A stretch of DNA of 64,000 nucleotides, from assembly GCA_964270895.1 (NCBI GenBank), contig OZ185438.1; one strand, 5' to 3'. Below, piece after piece: positions 51,693-64,000 of this stretch. The translations under genes were made by a program, and so were the position numbers. Below the pieces are notes generated by a model. That model worked only from the letters and a program-made list of their open reading frames with translations. It did no database searches and had not been told where the DNA came from. Position 1 is the first letter of the stretch, and every line of letters starts with the position of its first letter. This DNA is from Podarcis filfolensis. Lineage: Eukaryota.

Positions 51693-51870
51693 CTTCCACT
51701 AACTTAGAGGAAATGTCTTATAAATAAACAGAAAAAAGCAAAGCCCATTCTGTCCTGCCAGAGGAATGTACATTATTGCCTCTTGATGGAGCATTTTATA
51801 CAACACCAGAGACGCAACCGTGTCTCTCGAAACGGCGTCTCTGAAATTCAGAGCGCGGGGGGGGGGGGGA
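51693..51870 (-). promoter_or_regulatory. Candidate proximal promoter
   Basis: TATA-like TATTTATAA, an MCAT/TEAD-like GGAATG at 51763-68, a CpG cluster at 51813-51856 and a poly-G run. Confidence 0.4.
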
Positions 51871-52689
51871 GAAGGAAAGAAAGAAAGAGTGTGTGTATAT
51901 GAGAGACAGAGAAAGGAAGAAACTATAAAAACAAACAATGCTGGGAGGTTCATGCAGTTTTCAGTAGGAAAACAAACTGTCCAAATTCAACAGCCTACTA
52001 ACTTAATTGCTTTAGCACTAATAATCACGCAAGCAATGAATGTATTTAAGTCCCACTTTGCCAATCTAGGACTTGTGAAGTTCAAGGCAAGGGACAGGAG
52101 AGGACAGATAACTATAGAAAGTATTGATAGTATTGATAACGTGCCTTCCCCCTTCCCATCTCCAAATCCGGCCACTCGGGGATTTTTTTTTTTAATTTAT
52201 CAATTGTTCAGTCACAATTCAGAATTGCTTGAATACAGGGGTAAGTATAGGCTAAGCACAGTGGTTAAATGTCAACTGCTTTGGAAGAATTGTGAAGACG
52301 GTACTGGTTTTAGATAAGGGGGTACACAATACATAGACGGTCAGGGATATGAAGAATGTAGGGAGGACTCCAAAAGCTGCTGCTGCGGGTGTGATCTTGT
52401 ACTGGGGAAAACAGGGACCAACCACTTTATTCTGTGGGGTAGTTTGGAAGCAGAATGAACTGCTGGGCTGACTTCCACTGCTCTGCAGCACCACCTTCAC
52501 AAACGGTAGGAGGGCACTTTCAAGCACAGAATAGGTAATCTGAGGAACTCGTAGGGACCCACCTGACCTTATATAATTTCTGTTCCTAGTATGTGCCCTT
52601 AATATGAGCAATGAATTACCCAGTGTGGGCTGAGCTATCTGCAGAATTGTTAGTCAGACTACCATCAGCGAGTCCAAATAAATGCTATT

Positions 52690-52875
52690 GTACCCTGACC
52701 GTTTTTAAGGAAAGGGCTGGTACTGTGATGTTTTTCTTGTAATGATCTATATGTTTTAATAGATCATATTTTCTATTAACGTTTAACTGTTTTCTCATTA
52801 TTATTTTTAGAGCTAAGCTGCCTTGAGTCCCTGTCAGGGGAAAAGAGCGGTGTATAAGTAAACCTAAACATAATA
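52690..52875 (+). mobile_element. L2-type 3' tail relic
   Basis: TAAGCTGCCTTGAGTCCCTGTCAGGGGAAAAGAGCGGTGTATAAGTAAA; the reverse complement of this motif occurs at about 13390-13425. Confidence 0.5.
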
Positions 52876-53644
52876 ATACCGTAAACAATTTAAAATTCTC
52901 ACATTCTCAAGGAGCAAGGTGGTTAGTCGCCTCCTCCCAAGCAGATTGAAAACATCCTTAGGCTGCATGAGATAAAAGTATCCATAGCAAAAACAGAACA
53001 CAGCCTTGGAGAATTTAGGTGCTGAAATTTCATCTTTACCCTTTGTTTGATACCACCCTGATAAAGTAAAAGTTAGTCTTGACTATCCCATGGGAACACT
53101 GGAAAAAGTGAGTAATGGCTAACAAATCCTATTGTTATTAATGGGCCATGAGCACAATTAACTTTAGCTGGATTAGGATCATTACGTTTCCGAACTTAGG
53201 AGACAATTTATATACAGTACAAGCAAGTCAAGTTTTACTTCACTGAAATAAAAACTGATGATTGTTCTTTAAAAAGCACTGAAGGGAAGAATGAGTAAGA
53301 ACCTAAAGTAGGAGAAACTGAGTTTTGAGAAAATATTTTTAACCTCAGAACTTAGAAATAGAGCCAATGCTACCAAATGAAAGTTCATATTAGGCTAAGT
53401 GGATTTTGAACTTACAATGCCTCAATAATAATTTTTGTATGGGTATAAATATAATTTGGCCCTTTGTGTATAATATACATAAACACTACAAAACTAAATT
53501 AACAGCCTTGACATTCTGAGTATTTATTATTTACTATTATAGAGCATGTGTAAACAGAAAGAGGAATATCAGGCAGTGAGATACCAGCAACTATTGGGTC
53601 AACCAGACTTTGAAAGAATGGATGCAGGTTTTCTAATTATTTTC

Positions 53645-55161
53645 TTTTTTTTTAAAAGATATTTATTGAGATTTTACAAAAACATAAGTTTACAAAATAG
53701 AAAAAGGTCATATAAAAAGAAAAAAATACAAAAAAGAGAACATAGAAAAATACATAAAAAAGAAAAAAGAATAAAAATACAAAAGACAAAAGACAAATAG
53801 CTAAAAAAGAATTAAAAACAAATCCGTTTTTTGTAACTTTAAACTCATTAGCTTATTTCCTTGGCCTCCTCACACCTCCCCTTTTTGTATTCCCATTTAA
53901 ATAATCAAATCAGCAAATCCTTACCCTCTTTCATTTATCTTAACTCTATATCTTAACATATTATAACTCTATATTTTCATCCATTATCAATTCATTTTTG
54001 CATATTCTTATTAACTTTGTTGCTAATGCCACTTATTTTCAATCCAACATCATTTTAACATTCATTAATTTTACAGTGTTTCTGAAGATAGTCTTTAAAT
54101 TTCTTCCAGTCTTCTTCCACCAACTCTTCTCCCAGGTCTCAGATTCTGCCAGTCATTTCCGCCAATTCCATATAATCCGTCACCTTCATCTGCCACTCTT
54201 CCAGGGTGGGTAACTCTTGTGTCTTCCAATACTTTGCAATAAGTATTCTTGCTGCTGTTGTTGCATACATAAAAAAAGTTCTATCCTTCTTTGGCTTGGC
54301 ACCAATTGGCCGACTATGCCCAGGAGAAAGGCCTCTGGTTTCTTCAGGAAGGTATATTTAAATACCTTTTTCATTTCATTATAGATCATCTCCCAGAAAG
54401 CCTTAATCTTTGGGCACGTCCACCAAAGGTGAAAGAATGTACCTTCATTTTCTTTACATTTCCAACATTTATTATCGGGCAAATGATATATTTTTGCAAG
54501 CTTGACTGGTGTCATGTACCACCTGTAAATCATTTTCATAATACTCTCTCTTAAGGCATTACATGCCGTAAATTTCATACCGGTGGTCCACAACTGTTCC
54601 CAGTCAGCAAACATAATGTTGTGACCAATATCTTGTGCCCATTTGATCATAGCAGATTTAACCGTTCCATTTTAACAGCAAGTTATACATTCTTGAAAGT
54701 ATCTTTTGGGATCTAACAGTTCTGTTTCCAATTTTGATTTTTCCACCTGGAAGCCATTTTTTAAATCCAAATTATAGGCCTCTCTTATTTGATAATAATG
54801 AAGCCAGTCTCACACTTTATCTTTTAATTTCTCAAAACTCTGCAATTTCAATTTGTCTCCTTCTTGTTCCAATATTTCCCAATATTTTGGCCATTTGGCC
54901 TCCATATTGAGCTTTTTCTGAGCCTTCACTTCCATTGGTGACAACCACCTTGGGGTTTTATTTTCCAGTAAATCTTTGTATCTTATCCAGACATTGAACA
55001 ATGCTTTCCTGACAATATGGTTTTTAAATGCTTTATGTGCTTTAACCTTGTCGTACCACAAATATGCATGCCATCCAAAAACGTTGTTAAAACCTTCTAG
55101 GTCCAAAATGTCTGTGTTCTCAAGAAGCAGCCAGTCTTTGAACCAGCAGAATGCTGCTGAT
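53645..55161 (-). mobile_element. 5'-truncated L1-clade LINE with poly(A) and perfect 20-bp TSD
   Basis: CAGGTTTTCTAATTATTTTC occurs at 53625-53644 and 55162-55181. ORF2 C-terminal fragments (54810-55106, 54186-54650) include the CCHC knuckle CWKCKENEGTFFHLWWTC. The T-run at 53645 is the poly(A). Confidence 0.93.
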
Positions 55162-55739
55162 CAGGTTTTCTAATTATTTTCAACCCTTCTTCAGATTTTG
55201 GTGCCCAACTATTTAATTAACATTTTGCCTATATCTGTGTCCTCCTTGCACTTATGATGCTCAACCAAGTTAACATCATACTAACAAGGCAACATGTATT
55301 CCACTTTTTTCTATTGTTCTGAAGTTCCAAAGCGTTAAGAAAAGTTTTTAAAAAGTAAGAAGACTTGTGTCTGGAATTTTATGACCATGGCATTATTGCA
55401 ATTCCTGTCTTATTGTTTGGAGCTAAGAAAGTTATGGAAACTGTGTTTCTAAGCACATACAGTATATTTTCAGCTATGGATCAGGCCATTGGCAATAGGG
55501 TATTTGTACTTATCAGATATTCCTGAAAAATGGCAAATCCAGATTAAATAGGAAAGAAATGTGGGACAGCATTTTTATGCCAATGATGCTGTGTGGATGC
55601 TGAAGAAACATGAGAACTACTCTCAGAGTAAACATGAGTCTGGAAGCACTCTATGCTAGCAGGTAAACAGGAAATGCATCTCAAATCATTCATGGACATA
55701 ATTAAGATAAAATTTATGGTACGGTTTTGAGGCCATTAT

Positions 55740-55960
55740 TAAGTTATTATTTATACCTTTCCTCCAAGGAGCTCCATGAAGCTTACATGGTTCTCCTCTC
55801 CACCCCAAAATCCATTTTATCCTCACAATTCTGTGAGGGAGGTTAGGTTGAGAGATAGTGACTGGCCCAATATCACTCAGTGAGCTTTGTGGCCAAGAAG
55901 TAATTTGAACCCTGGTTTCCCTGGTCCTAGTCTAACACTCTAACCACTATACCACACTGG
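55740..55960 (-). mobile_element. Older CORE/MIR-like SINE
   Basis: ATTTTATCCTCACAA..CTGTGAGG..GGTTAGG..GTGACTGGCCCAA..TTTGAACCCTGG..CTAACCACTATACCACACTGG. Confidence 0.7.
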
Positions 55961-56205
55961 TGGTGATGACCTTTTGTCCAATTAGTCCATCTAAACTAGC
56001 AGTGATTGGCATAGTGACCTCTACTTCCAAACGTGTGGCTCATGAGTAATTGGTACTTTGATTCAGACTGATGATCTCCTACCAATATGCTCAGTTGGAA
56101 GTGCCCTTACCTGCAAACAGTAATAATGAGATTTATTTCCAAATGAATGTGTCATAGGTGGAGGCCACAGAAAGTAAACACAATCAGAGCAGTGCAGAGT
56201 TTCTT

Positions 56206-56470
56206 GAAGAAGAAGAAGAAGAAGAAGAGGAGGAGGAGGAGGAGTTTGGACTTGATATCCCGCCTTTCACTTCCCTTAAGGGGTCTCAAAGCGGCTATAA
56301 TCTCCAAACAATGTTCCTCCCTCACAGCAAACACTCTGTGAGGTGAGTAGGGCTGAGAGACTTCAGAGAAGTGAGACTAGCCCAAGCAGCTGCATGTGGA
56401 GGAGCAGGGAAGCGAACCCGGTTCACGAGATTACGAGTCCACCGCTCTTAACCACTACACCATGCTGGCT
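56206..56470 (-). mobile_element. Squam3-like SINE with expanded (GAA)n(GAG)n tail
   Basis: High similarity to 125-372. The tail microsatellite lies at 56206-56243. Confidence 0.9.
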
Positions 56471-58263
56471 AAGCAAAGCTAGATAGCTTTCCAGGATGAC
56501 AACTAAAGGAAAAGGGGAAAGATATTGTTTCCCCTCTTTGGGATTCCAACATGCTAAAAAGAGAATCGGAATCATGTCATTTCTTCCGCTATCACCTATG
56601 GTGCTGCAGTCACAGCTCCAATTCACATAACAATAAGAGACAGGAGGGCAATCACGTTCCTTCAGTGTGCTGACATTTCCCATTTGTGCCCTTCTTCAAA
56701 GTTTTAATTTGGTAAAGGTGCTTTGCAGCTTGTCTTTTAACAGGTCACAAATAACTTGGGATGCAAGATCTCATATTTCATTTTCTCCTGCTGGTGCCAC
56801 TAAATATTTCATCTACCTTTAAAACAGCGGACTGCTTTAGAAGGCCCTATCTCCCCCCCCCTTATCTGCACTGTTTGCACACTGGTTCAGGGGATTTGTT
56901 CTTCAACATTAGATCAGTTTGCTCATACCTAATTAAGTAAAAGTAATCAACAAGCCATAAAACAGCTCAACGCTAGGTACTGTATTTGCTTTGGAGACAG
57001 TTTTAAAAACATATGTGAGATGTATGTGTAATACACAAGGCCACAGAAAGAGTCGCTTAGCATAAAGATGTCCCTTCGTACATGGTCGAGATTTCTCTGA
57101 ATCTTCAGTTTCAGATTGTAGTAATTTAGCACATACTCTGCTGGGTTGTTGTTTTATTTTTGGGGAAGGGGCTCATTTTACAAACGCTTTTTCAATATAT
57201 TCTAACCCTTTTACAGTCAACAGAAAAATAGTATTGTGTATATAAAGTATTGCCCTTGCATGCCTGAGGGTTGGGGGTAAATTCTCCCCAACCAGTTTCC
57301 CACTTCCCTCAAGAAAACTCGTGATTTGCTATCCTGAATCTATTCATTCATTCATTCATTCATTCATTTATTTATTTAGAATTGAGTACCATTGGTTTGA
57401 ACAGGACAACTCCAGAGTAAAAAGTTTGCCAAAAAGAGCTAAGTGCCTTATGTCTCTTCCAGTTCCTCATTTACAAAATGAGACCTATTTCTTTTCTTCA
57501 CATGATCACCATGTGGATACCTGGAATCTTAATGGCCAGAGACAATAGTGAGTAACAACGAAGAAAATTCTGCCCTTTAAAACTTGCACACCTTTTTGAA
57601 AACTACTGTAAATAGTTTAATATTTGTGTCGCCTGCAGCATCACACGTTCTTCATCAATATTTATGATACATGATAGATCTGTCCTATTAAACTAGGAAC
57701 CGATAATCATTTGCCCTTTGGATATATGCAGTGCACTGACTGTGCTTATGTTTCAAGCGGCTGTGCAAATTCTGCTGTACTTAGCTGCCCATAATTTCAC
57801 CTTCCCAGAGAAACTATCTTAATCAGCAGGAGGTAAGAACCACCACATATGTTCATTGCACACAAAATGGTCACCAGGTGGGGGCTCCTTGGAATTACAT
57901 CCACATGACAGATGTTCTGTGCTGCAGGCTGTTTTTCTGCATGGAATATGGTCACCGCTACCCCACAGATAATCTCCACATCACTGCAAAGCATTCCTAT
58001 ATCTAATTTATAGTGGCACAGAGGCCATACACAGGGTCCTGCTCAGAGTACTCCAATGATTATGTAAGGTAGTTGGTAAGAAGGGACAGGGACTTATTGT
58101 GCCTAGCACCTTGCCTCTGCTCTCCCTCGAAATCTTCATTGTGTGCTTTCTTTAATACATTCTGGAAAGCATCTAGAACTGCTGCTTTTACCTGTTGCTT
58201 TTAACATGATTTGATGCTGCTTTTCTCAATTTTTTGTTATGGGCCTTTTTCTTATTTCATATA

Positions 58264-58466
58264 CAGTGGTACCTCGTATTGCATAACCTCCAGGTTACGG
58301 AATATCTGGGTTACGGCCACAGCAAACCTGGAAGTGTATACTTCAGGGTTTCGCCACTCACGCATGCGCAGAAGCGCTCTGCAGATGTGGCGCCTCTAGT
58401 TACGGATTTTTCAGGGTGCGCATGGCACCCCGAAATGAATTAAATCCGTAACCAGAGGTACCACTG
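58264..58466. mobile_element. Tc1/mariner (Tigger-like) MITE
   Basis: TA|CAGTGGTACCTC...GAGGTACCACTG|TA. Confidence 0.92.
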
Positions 58467-58629
58467 TATTTGAGCTGCCTCATAAAGCTTTCTGTTAAGA
58501 TGTGCTGGGTTCCAAAATCAATAAATAATATTTCGTTTTCTTCCCTTCTTCCCAACTGGTTATTAACTGAAATAAATAAAAACTAAGTACCTTTGGTATA
58601 TACTTGCTATTACACATTAATGGTTTGTC

Positions 58630-59140
58630 GCATGAACATAGGAAGCTGACTTATCCCAAGTCAAACTATTAATTGACAGGGCTCGATGCTGTCGCCTCTG
58701 GCTGGTGGGCAGCTTTACAGGGTCTTTCAGGCATGTACACCACTGGCTATTCATTTCGACACATCTGTATTCCACTTTTTAGCCAAAAAAGCTCTAGAGC
58801 AGCTTATAACTCAATGAAAAGCAAACCACTCCATGCCTCCTATCTTTCTCTTTGCTGCAGCCTGCTCAAGGAAAGGTAAAGGCACCTGGTTTCTGAGTAG
58901 AGCTCGCAAAACAGTCTTGCTCATCTCCTCTCTCTCTGCTACAACCTGTTCAAATGGTTGCTGCAAAGTGGTAGATCTGGGAGAACCAAAGGCAGCTGGT
59001 GCCTCAAAAGAATTGATGTGATATCCCTGCTTCCTTTCTCTTCCTCTGCTGCAGTCTGATGTGATCCTTTTAAGTGCAAATGCCGGGAATTGAAACTGGG
59101 GCTCTTCTTGCATGCAAAGGATATGCTCTACCAGTAGTCC
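58630..59140 (-). mobile_element. Squam2-like SINE pieces: tail at about 58630-58680, head at about 59080-59140
   Basis: Tail GAACATAGGAAGCTGACTTAT and head ATGCCGGGAATTGAAACTGGGG..TTGCATGCAAAGGATATGCTCTACCA, separated by about 400 bp of unrelated sequence. Confidence 0.45.
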
Positions 59141-61162
59141 CCTTAATCTGACCCAAAATTACATAGTAAAAACCAGATTTGGGAATATTTCACAATGAAA
59201 CACTCTGCACTGCACTAACTCATGACCCAACAATTAGAGCCTCTTTTTATTATAACAAGCACTCTTTTTTCAGCTCATAGAACTGAGTAACAGCAATAAT
59301 ATCACAACTCAAGGCTACAGCAAACTTTCATAGTAACCAGGGCAAGGGAGCCATTAGCGAGTAGAACCTAATAGAAATATTTGGTAGAGATGGTTTCCTA
59401 TGTGTCAAAGAACAGGAGAAATGTATTAATAGGATAAGTTTAAGTCTGCCCTGTCTACTTCCTTGAAAAATATGTTTTAAGAATATTGAACATGCAGAAT
59501 GTTCTTTCTTCCGGTATAACCAACTGAAACAAAATGAACTACGGACTTTACCTACCAGATAAAGAATATAGATACAGAGAGCATGGAAGAGCTTTGCATT
59601 ATTATCAAGACATTTATAGCACCAACATAAAATGTTTGCATTTTAAATGAAATATGCTACCTCACCTTTTTAATGATCTGCTGCATTCCTTTGCATGGGA
59701 AACAGTTAACAGGATATGGTCTGAAGGCACATGCCTGGGCCTGGTCAGTGTTTGAATGGGAAACTTTCTGGAAACCCTATGAATACTACCTTGGGTTCCA
59801 TGATGAAATTAAGAGTCTTATGCTCTACCTATTGAGCTATGTTAGAAAAGGCATGTGGCAAAAAAGGGAAGGGGAAAACTGCCCTCCTCACCTGCCCTGG
59901 CCAAAATGGGCCAGGAAGGATTTGGAAGAAGCTTCACCAAGGAATCCCACAACCACCATCAAGAAGACACAATTTATCTACCCATGAAGAAAAAGCCCCC
60001 TGTTCACTTATAATTTAAAGATAGGAAGAAAGAAAATGAAGGAGAAAAATACAAAGGTTACCCTATGTCCCTGAACTCCCTTTCCTAAATCATTGTATAT
60101 ATAAAACTGGGTCATTTAGATGAGAGGCATCAGTCATGTTTTGGAATAGGAAAGCAAACAATTTTCATTCTATTGTGCACTTGTATTTGAAACCAACTTT
60201 TCTGCTGTGACCCTCTATACTTACCCTGTCTGTTGCTCTAACCAGCAACATGCCTTTTCAATCTGCCTTCCTGGGGTCTGCATTTGATTACAGCATTCAT
60301 GTTCTATTTAGATTCTTTTGTACCATGCCCTGTGGTGCTAGTACGAAAGGTGTTATTTATAAAATGTAATTCTGTTGTATTGCAATTTGGATTCAAAGAG
60401 GACAAGTAATATAAAATACTTAGTTTATTTAATAATTTCTTGGATTTATTAAATCAGGATCTTTACAAGATTAGTGCTGGGAGGTAGGAGGAGGTTATTA
60501 ACTAATAAACAGGCTTCAGGCAACCCCTACTCCTCTACAGAATATACATTATTTAAACAGTTTCTCTTTGGAGAACCAAGATGTGCATCCAGCTCAAATT
60601 TCTCTTCCTGTTTTTTTTGTTTTGCTTTATAAGCATCAAGAAACAGACATTTGTTAAGATTTCTTGAGCTTATATTAGTTTCAAACAGGTCATTTGCAAT
60701 TGTATTTTTCTCCCTTGCAGTAGCATTTGCGAAAAATCATCAGAGAATATCATATATGTCTGCTCACATATATACAGTTGTCTGCTCACTGGGAAGCTTG
60801 TGGCTGGCATCAGAATACTAGGGAATTATCAGAATTCTAGGGAAAATGCCATGCATGAAGCAGCACAATTTCATCAGCTACTGCTTTTTATAAAAGTGTT
60901 TGGGATTAAATCTTAATGTCTTCAGTGGCACTCTTTTTCAAATAAACATATTTAGGACTGGGGCCACCCTTGCAGAATCCATTGCTGTTTTAGCTACTAT
61001 CATGCAGGCTGTAAGTCCCAACAGTTATAACAGGATTCCATGCAGTTTTGCCCTATTCCAAGGCCACTCTGTCTGCCTTCAGAATCTCACCCTGCCCTGT
61101 GATATATATCTGCCTGCATAATATTCTTTAGCTGTCCTTACAGAACATGTCTGGGGCCATAT

Positions 61163-61534
61163 AAAAGGTAAAGGCAAAGGACCCCTGGACGGTTAAGTCC
61201 AGTCAAAGGTGACTATGGGGCTACGGTGCTCATCTCACTTTCAGACCGAGGGAGCCGGCGTTTGTACCCAAACAGCTTTCTGGGTCATGTGGCCAGCATG
61301 ACTAAAACACTTCTGGTACAACGGAACACCGTGACAGAAGCCAGAGCGCACAGAAATGCTGTTTACCTTCCTGCCACAGCAGTACCTATTTATCCACTTG
61401 CACTGGCGTGCTTTCGAACTGTTAGGTTGGCAGGAGCTGGGACAGAGCACGGGAGCTCACTCCGTGGTGGGGATTCGAACCACCGACCTTCCGATCGGCA
61501 AGCCCAAGAGGCTCAGTGGTTTAGACTACAGCAC
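61163..61534 (-). mobile_element. Sauria SINE (Squam1-type), near full length
   Basis: tRNA-like head on the minus strand (GTCTAAACCACTGAGCCTCTTGGGCTTGCCGATCGGAAGGTCGGTGGTTCGAATCCCC), internal GGTCATGTGGCCAGCATGACT and an (ACCTTT)-type tail. Confidence 0.9.
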
Positions 61535-64000
61535 TATATACATTTTATAGACTCAATAGTGTTGGTAGCTTGTGCTAAAGCAGCAGTAAGGATGACACCT
61601 GGATCCTTCCCAACAGTGGTGCAAACTAATAATCAAACTAACCCCCAAAATATGACAATCTCCCTGACCTAAATAGGAACAAAACTGTTTTGCAATGTAC
61701 ACCAAGGAAATTTTTATCCGGCACAATAGTTTTATGTTCTTCTTCTAAGTGTGCCAAACCCTTAAGCTGGATCCCCATGAGCTGCTGTGCCAACTGTAAC
61801 TAATTAGAATCTGATTGACAGTTCATATTTAAAAAAAAAGAGAAATGGAAGTTACTTGCTTTGGAAATTTGAATGGTATCTAAAGTAATGTAGAATAAAA
61901 TTATTTTAAATTTTGAAATTAACAGTTGTATGTGGACTGAAGAGCATAATCCTATCATCACCAGTCTATCTCATTCTCATGCTGTGTGTTGTTTTTGCAT
62001 CCACCTTTAAAATCAAAATTATCTCTGATCCTAAATCAAATGTCAAGTAATTTGAGTAAGTAATTTTACCCATTTAAAATGAAGTGAAGCTTGAACTTGG
62101 GCAATTGATAGTCTGTTAATTTGTCAGTAGAACAGGGTCTTTCAAAAAAGATATGGAACTCTAATATGCAAATATTCGAAAGCAGCAAGTCTGAATTTAT
62201 TTCAAAACGCTTGTTTTAAACATTTTATTTTTATATCCATTTCTGCTTGAGTGGAGCAAAACAAGTGGAGCGACAGAGGAAGGCGTTTTCATTTCAAATA
62301 TTAGGAATGAGCCAAGCTGTGGTTTGGGGTCAGATTTTCTTAAAATAATTCTGGCTACCAAGAGCAGCTAACAACAATTGACAGTTAAATTGCCATTGAT
62401 GTTGTATATCACTTTGGGTGCCGCTGTGGCAGAGCATGCAACTCAAAATGAGAAAAAAAAAGATTACATTAAAAACACTTTAAAGCATTGGCCTAAATCC
62501 ACAGAAACATGTCGCCACATCATAAGCTGACTTAAAAATACACTACACACACACACCACCAACTTGGGGAAAAGTCAAAAGCATTGTATAATAGGGAAGA
62601 GCTGATAATTGGGGGGGGGGCGAGAAGGAAAAACACAGCTGGGCCAGGGCAAGTCCTAGCAAGCACCTAAATGAAGCTGTCAAATCATGCCCCATATTCA
62701 TCTACCACTACAGCTTTTATCTTCTGTGGCAACTAAACCGGAACCTACCAAACTGAGTATAACACACATGATTTTTAATGAAAGAACTGGAATAAGTGTG
62801 AGAGAATGAAAAAAAAAAGCCTTTTAAAAGTATAGATGATTGGAATTTTTTTGGCCACAAATTCTGGGAGTGGGGCAGAGAGGGAGAAACCATATTGGCC
62901 TAGAAAAACAAGACAAAATGTTCTGTGTTGCCTACAAAAGTTAATGCCAAGGTAAACTGATTAAACACTAAATGCTTATCACATATTCGGCTAAAAGTGG
63001 CCACATATCATGTGGGTTTTTTTTGCAAAGCAGGAATAGCAGGGCATGAAAGCTTGTGGAGAAATATTGTCTATAGGAATTGTGCTTGGTGGGATGGAGA
63101 AGCTTTTTTATGAAAGCCAGCTACTTCAGGCTGAAAGGCCACACCCAAATACTCCCCAAATAGTTCAAGCAAGAAAGCACCAATCTGCCAGTAGAGTTTC
63201 TTGGGCTATCTTGCCCCTTTTGAATGATCATGGTACTCGGTCTTAAATCTGTTCCAATATATGTTTTACTGCTGTTGTGCTAAAGAAGATGACTCAACAG
63301 AAGGGGGAAAGTTTCACAGTAAGGCAAGAGTTCTCTAATCTTGTCATTGCACAGCAGAGCTCCTCCATACAATTCAGAGCCTACTTTAGCTTCGGCAGGT
63401 TTAACAATCACTTAATGGGTGGCCACAGGCTGCTCCCTTTCCAGCCCTAGGAGGAAGGAAGTGTAAGAAACCTTCCTCCTGTCCAGCAGCCACAGACTGC
63501 CAATGGGGTCATGCTGGATTGAGTCATCTGCAGCTGCCACACAGCTGCCTATACTTCAGCTGGCCAAGAGTGGACATTCTGACTCCTGGCTGAATCTAAA
63601 ATGAGAAAAAAGGAAGAGCTCTATGTAAGAATAGGCAACTGGCAGCTCAGGAACTGAATCTATCCACTCCATGTTCCCAGTTGTTAGCCAAACTGTGACA
63701 GACTGAGAGCCTCTGCCACATTTGATGGTTTGCACAACTGTTTGCACAAATCACAAAGACAATCTTGTGACAGGATGTTGTATTCTATCACATCATCTAA
63801 TTTAATTCATTTAACAGAAAGCATAAAGAGTTGTCAACTGGCAAAAAGACAAGCCAGGATTTCTGTGTGTGTTCTTTATGAACAGAAAAAGTAGCAGACC
63901 CACAGGTACAGCATAATGAAAATCCAGAATATTGCCATTCAGAGAGGAGGTGCAGAAGGGAAGAGAGAAAACCTGGGATTTTAATATCATAGGATGCAAT

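Noticed and set aside
53546-53800. Lys-rich 84-aa ORF
   Set aside because: It is the antisense reading of the T-rich L1 3' UTR.
61440-61534. tRNA gene
   Set aside because: The A/B-box-like sequence is the head of a Sauria SINE, as with the other SINE heads, and does not form a complete cloverleaf.
125-61534. Strand bias of retroelements
   Set aside because: SINEs, L1 and the large CR1 are on the minus strand, but L2, RTE and BovB copies are on the plus strand, and the numbers are too small to mean anything.

Overview
Eukaryotic, CpG-depleted, AT-rich vertebrate DNA. The repeats (Sauria-type SINE, three tRNA/CORE SINEs of the Squam3 type, a BovB tail, CR1, L2, RTE and L1 LINE relics, many hAT and Tc1/Tigger-type MITEs) point to a squamate, probably a lacertid lizard. 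Family names come from my recall of motifs, not from a database search. Nearly all ORFs in the track are spurious or decayed LINE fragments. There is no intact multi-domain gene, rRNA, true tRNA or CRISPR array. The window looks like the 5' region and large introns of a minus-strand gene that I cannot name. Candidate parts are a promoter and non-coding exon near 51.5-51.9 kb, a 41-nt exon starting MEEGILSRK (50774-50814), a possible alternative first coding exon cut by an assembly gap (19.84-19.91 kb), and weaker internal-exon candidates at 34.4 kb and 2.3 kb. Two structures stand out. One is a Tigger-like MITE carrying three 119-bp double-hairpin units whose stems are kept by compensatory substitutions. 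The other is a hAT MITE flanked by an inverted, not direct, duplication of about 45 bp of host DNA. I found no convincing evidence of a novel gene system.
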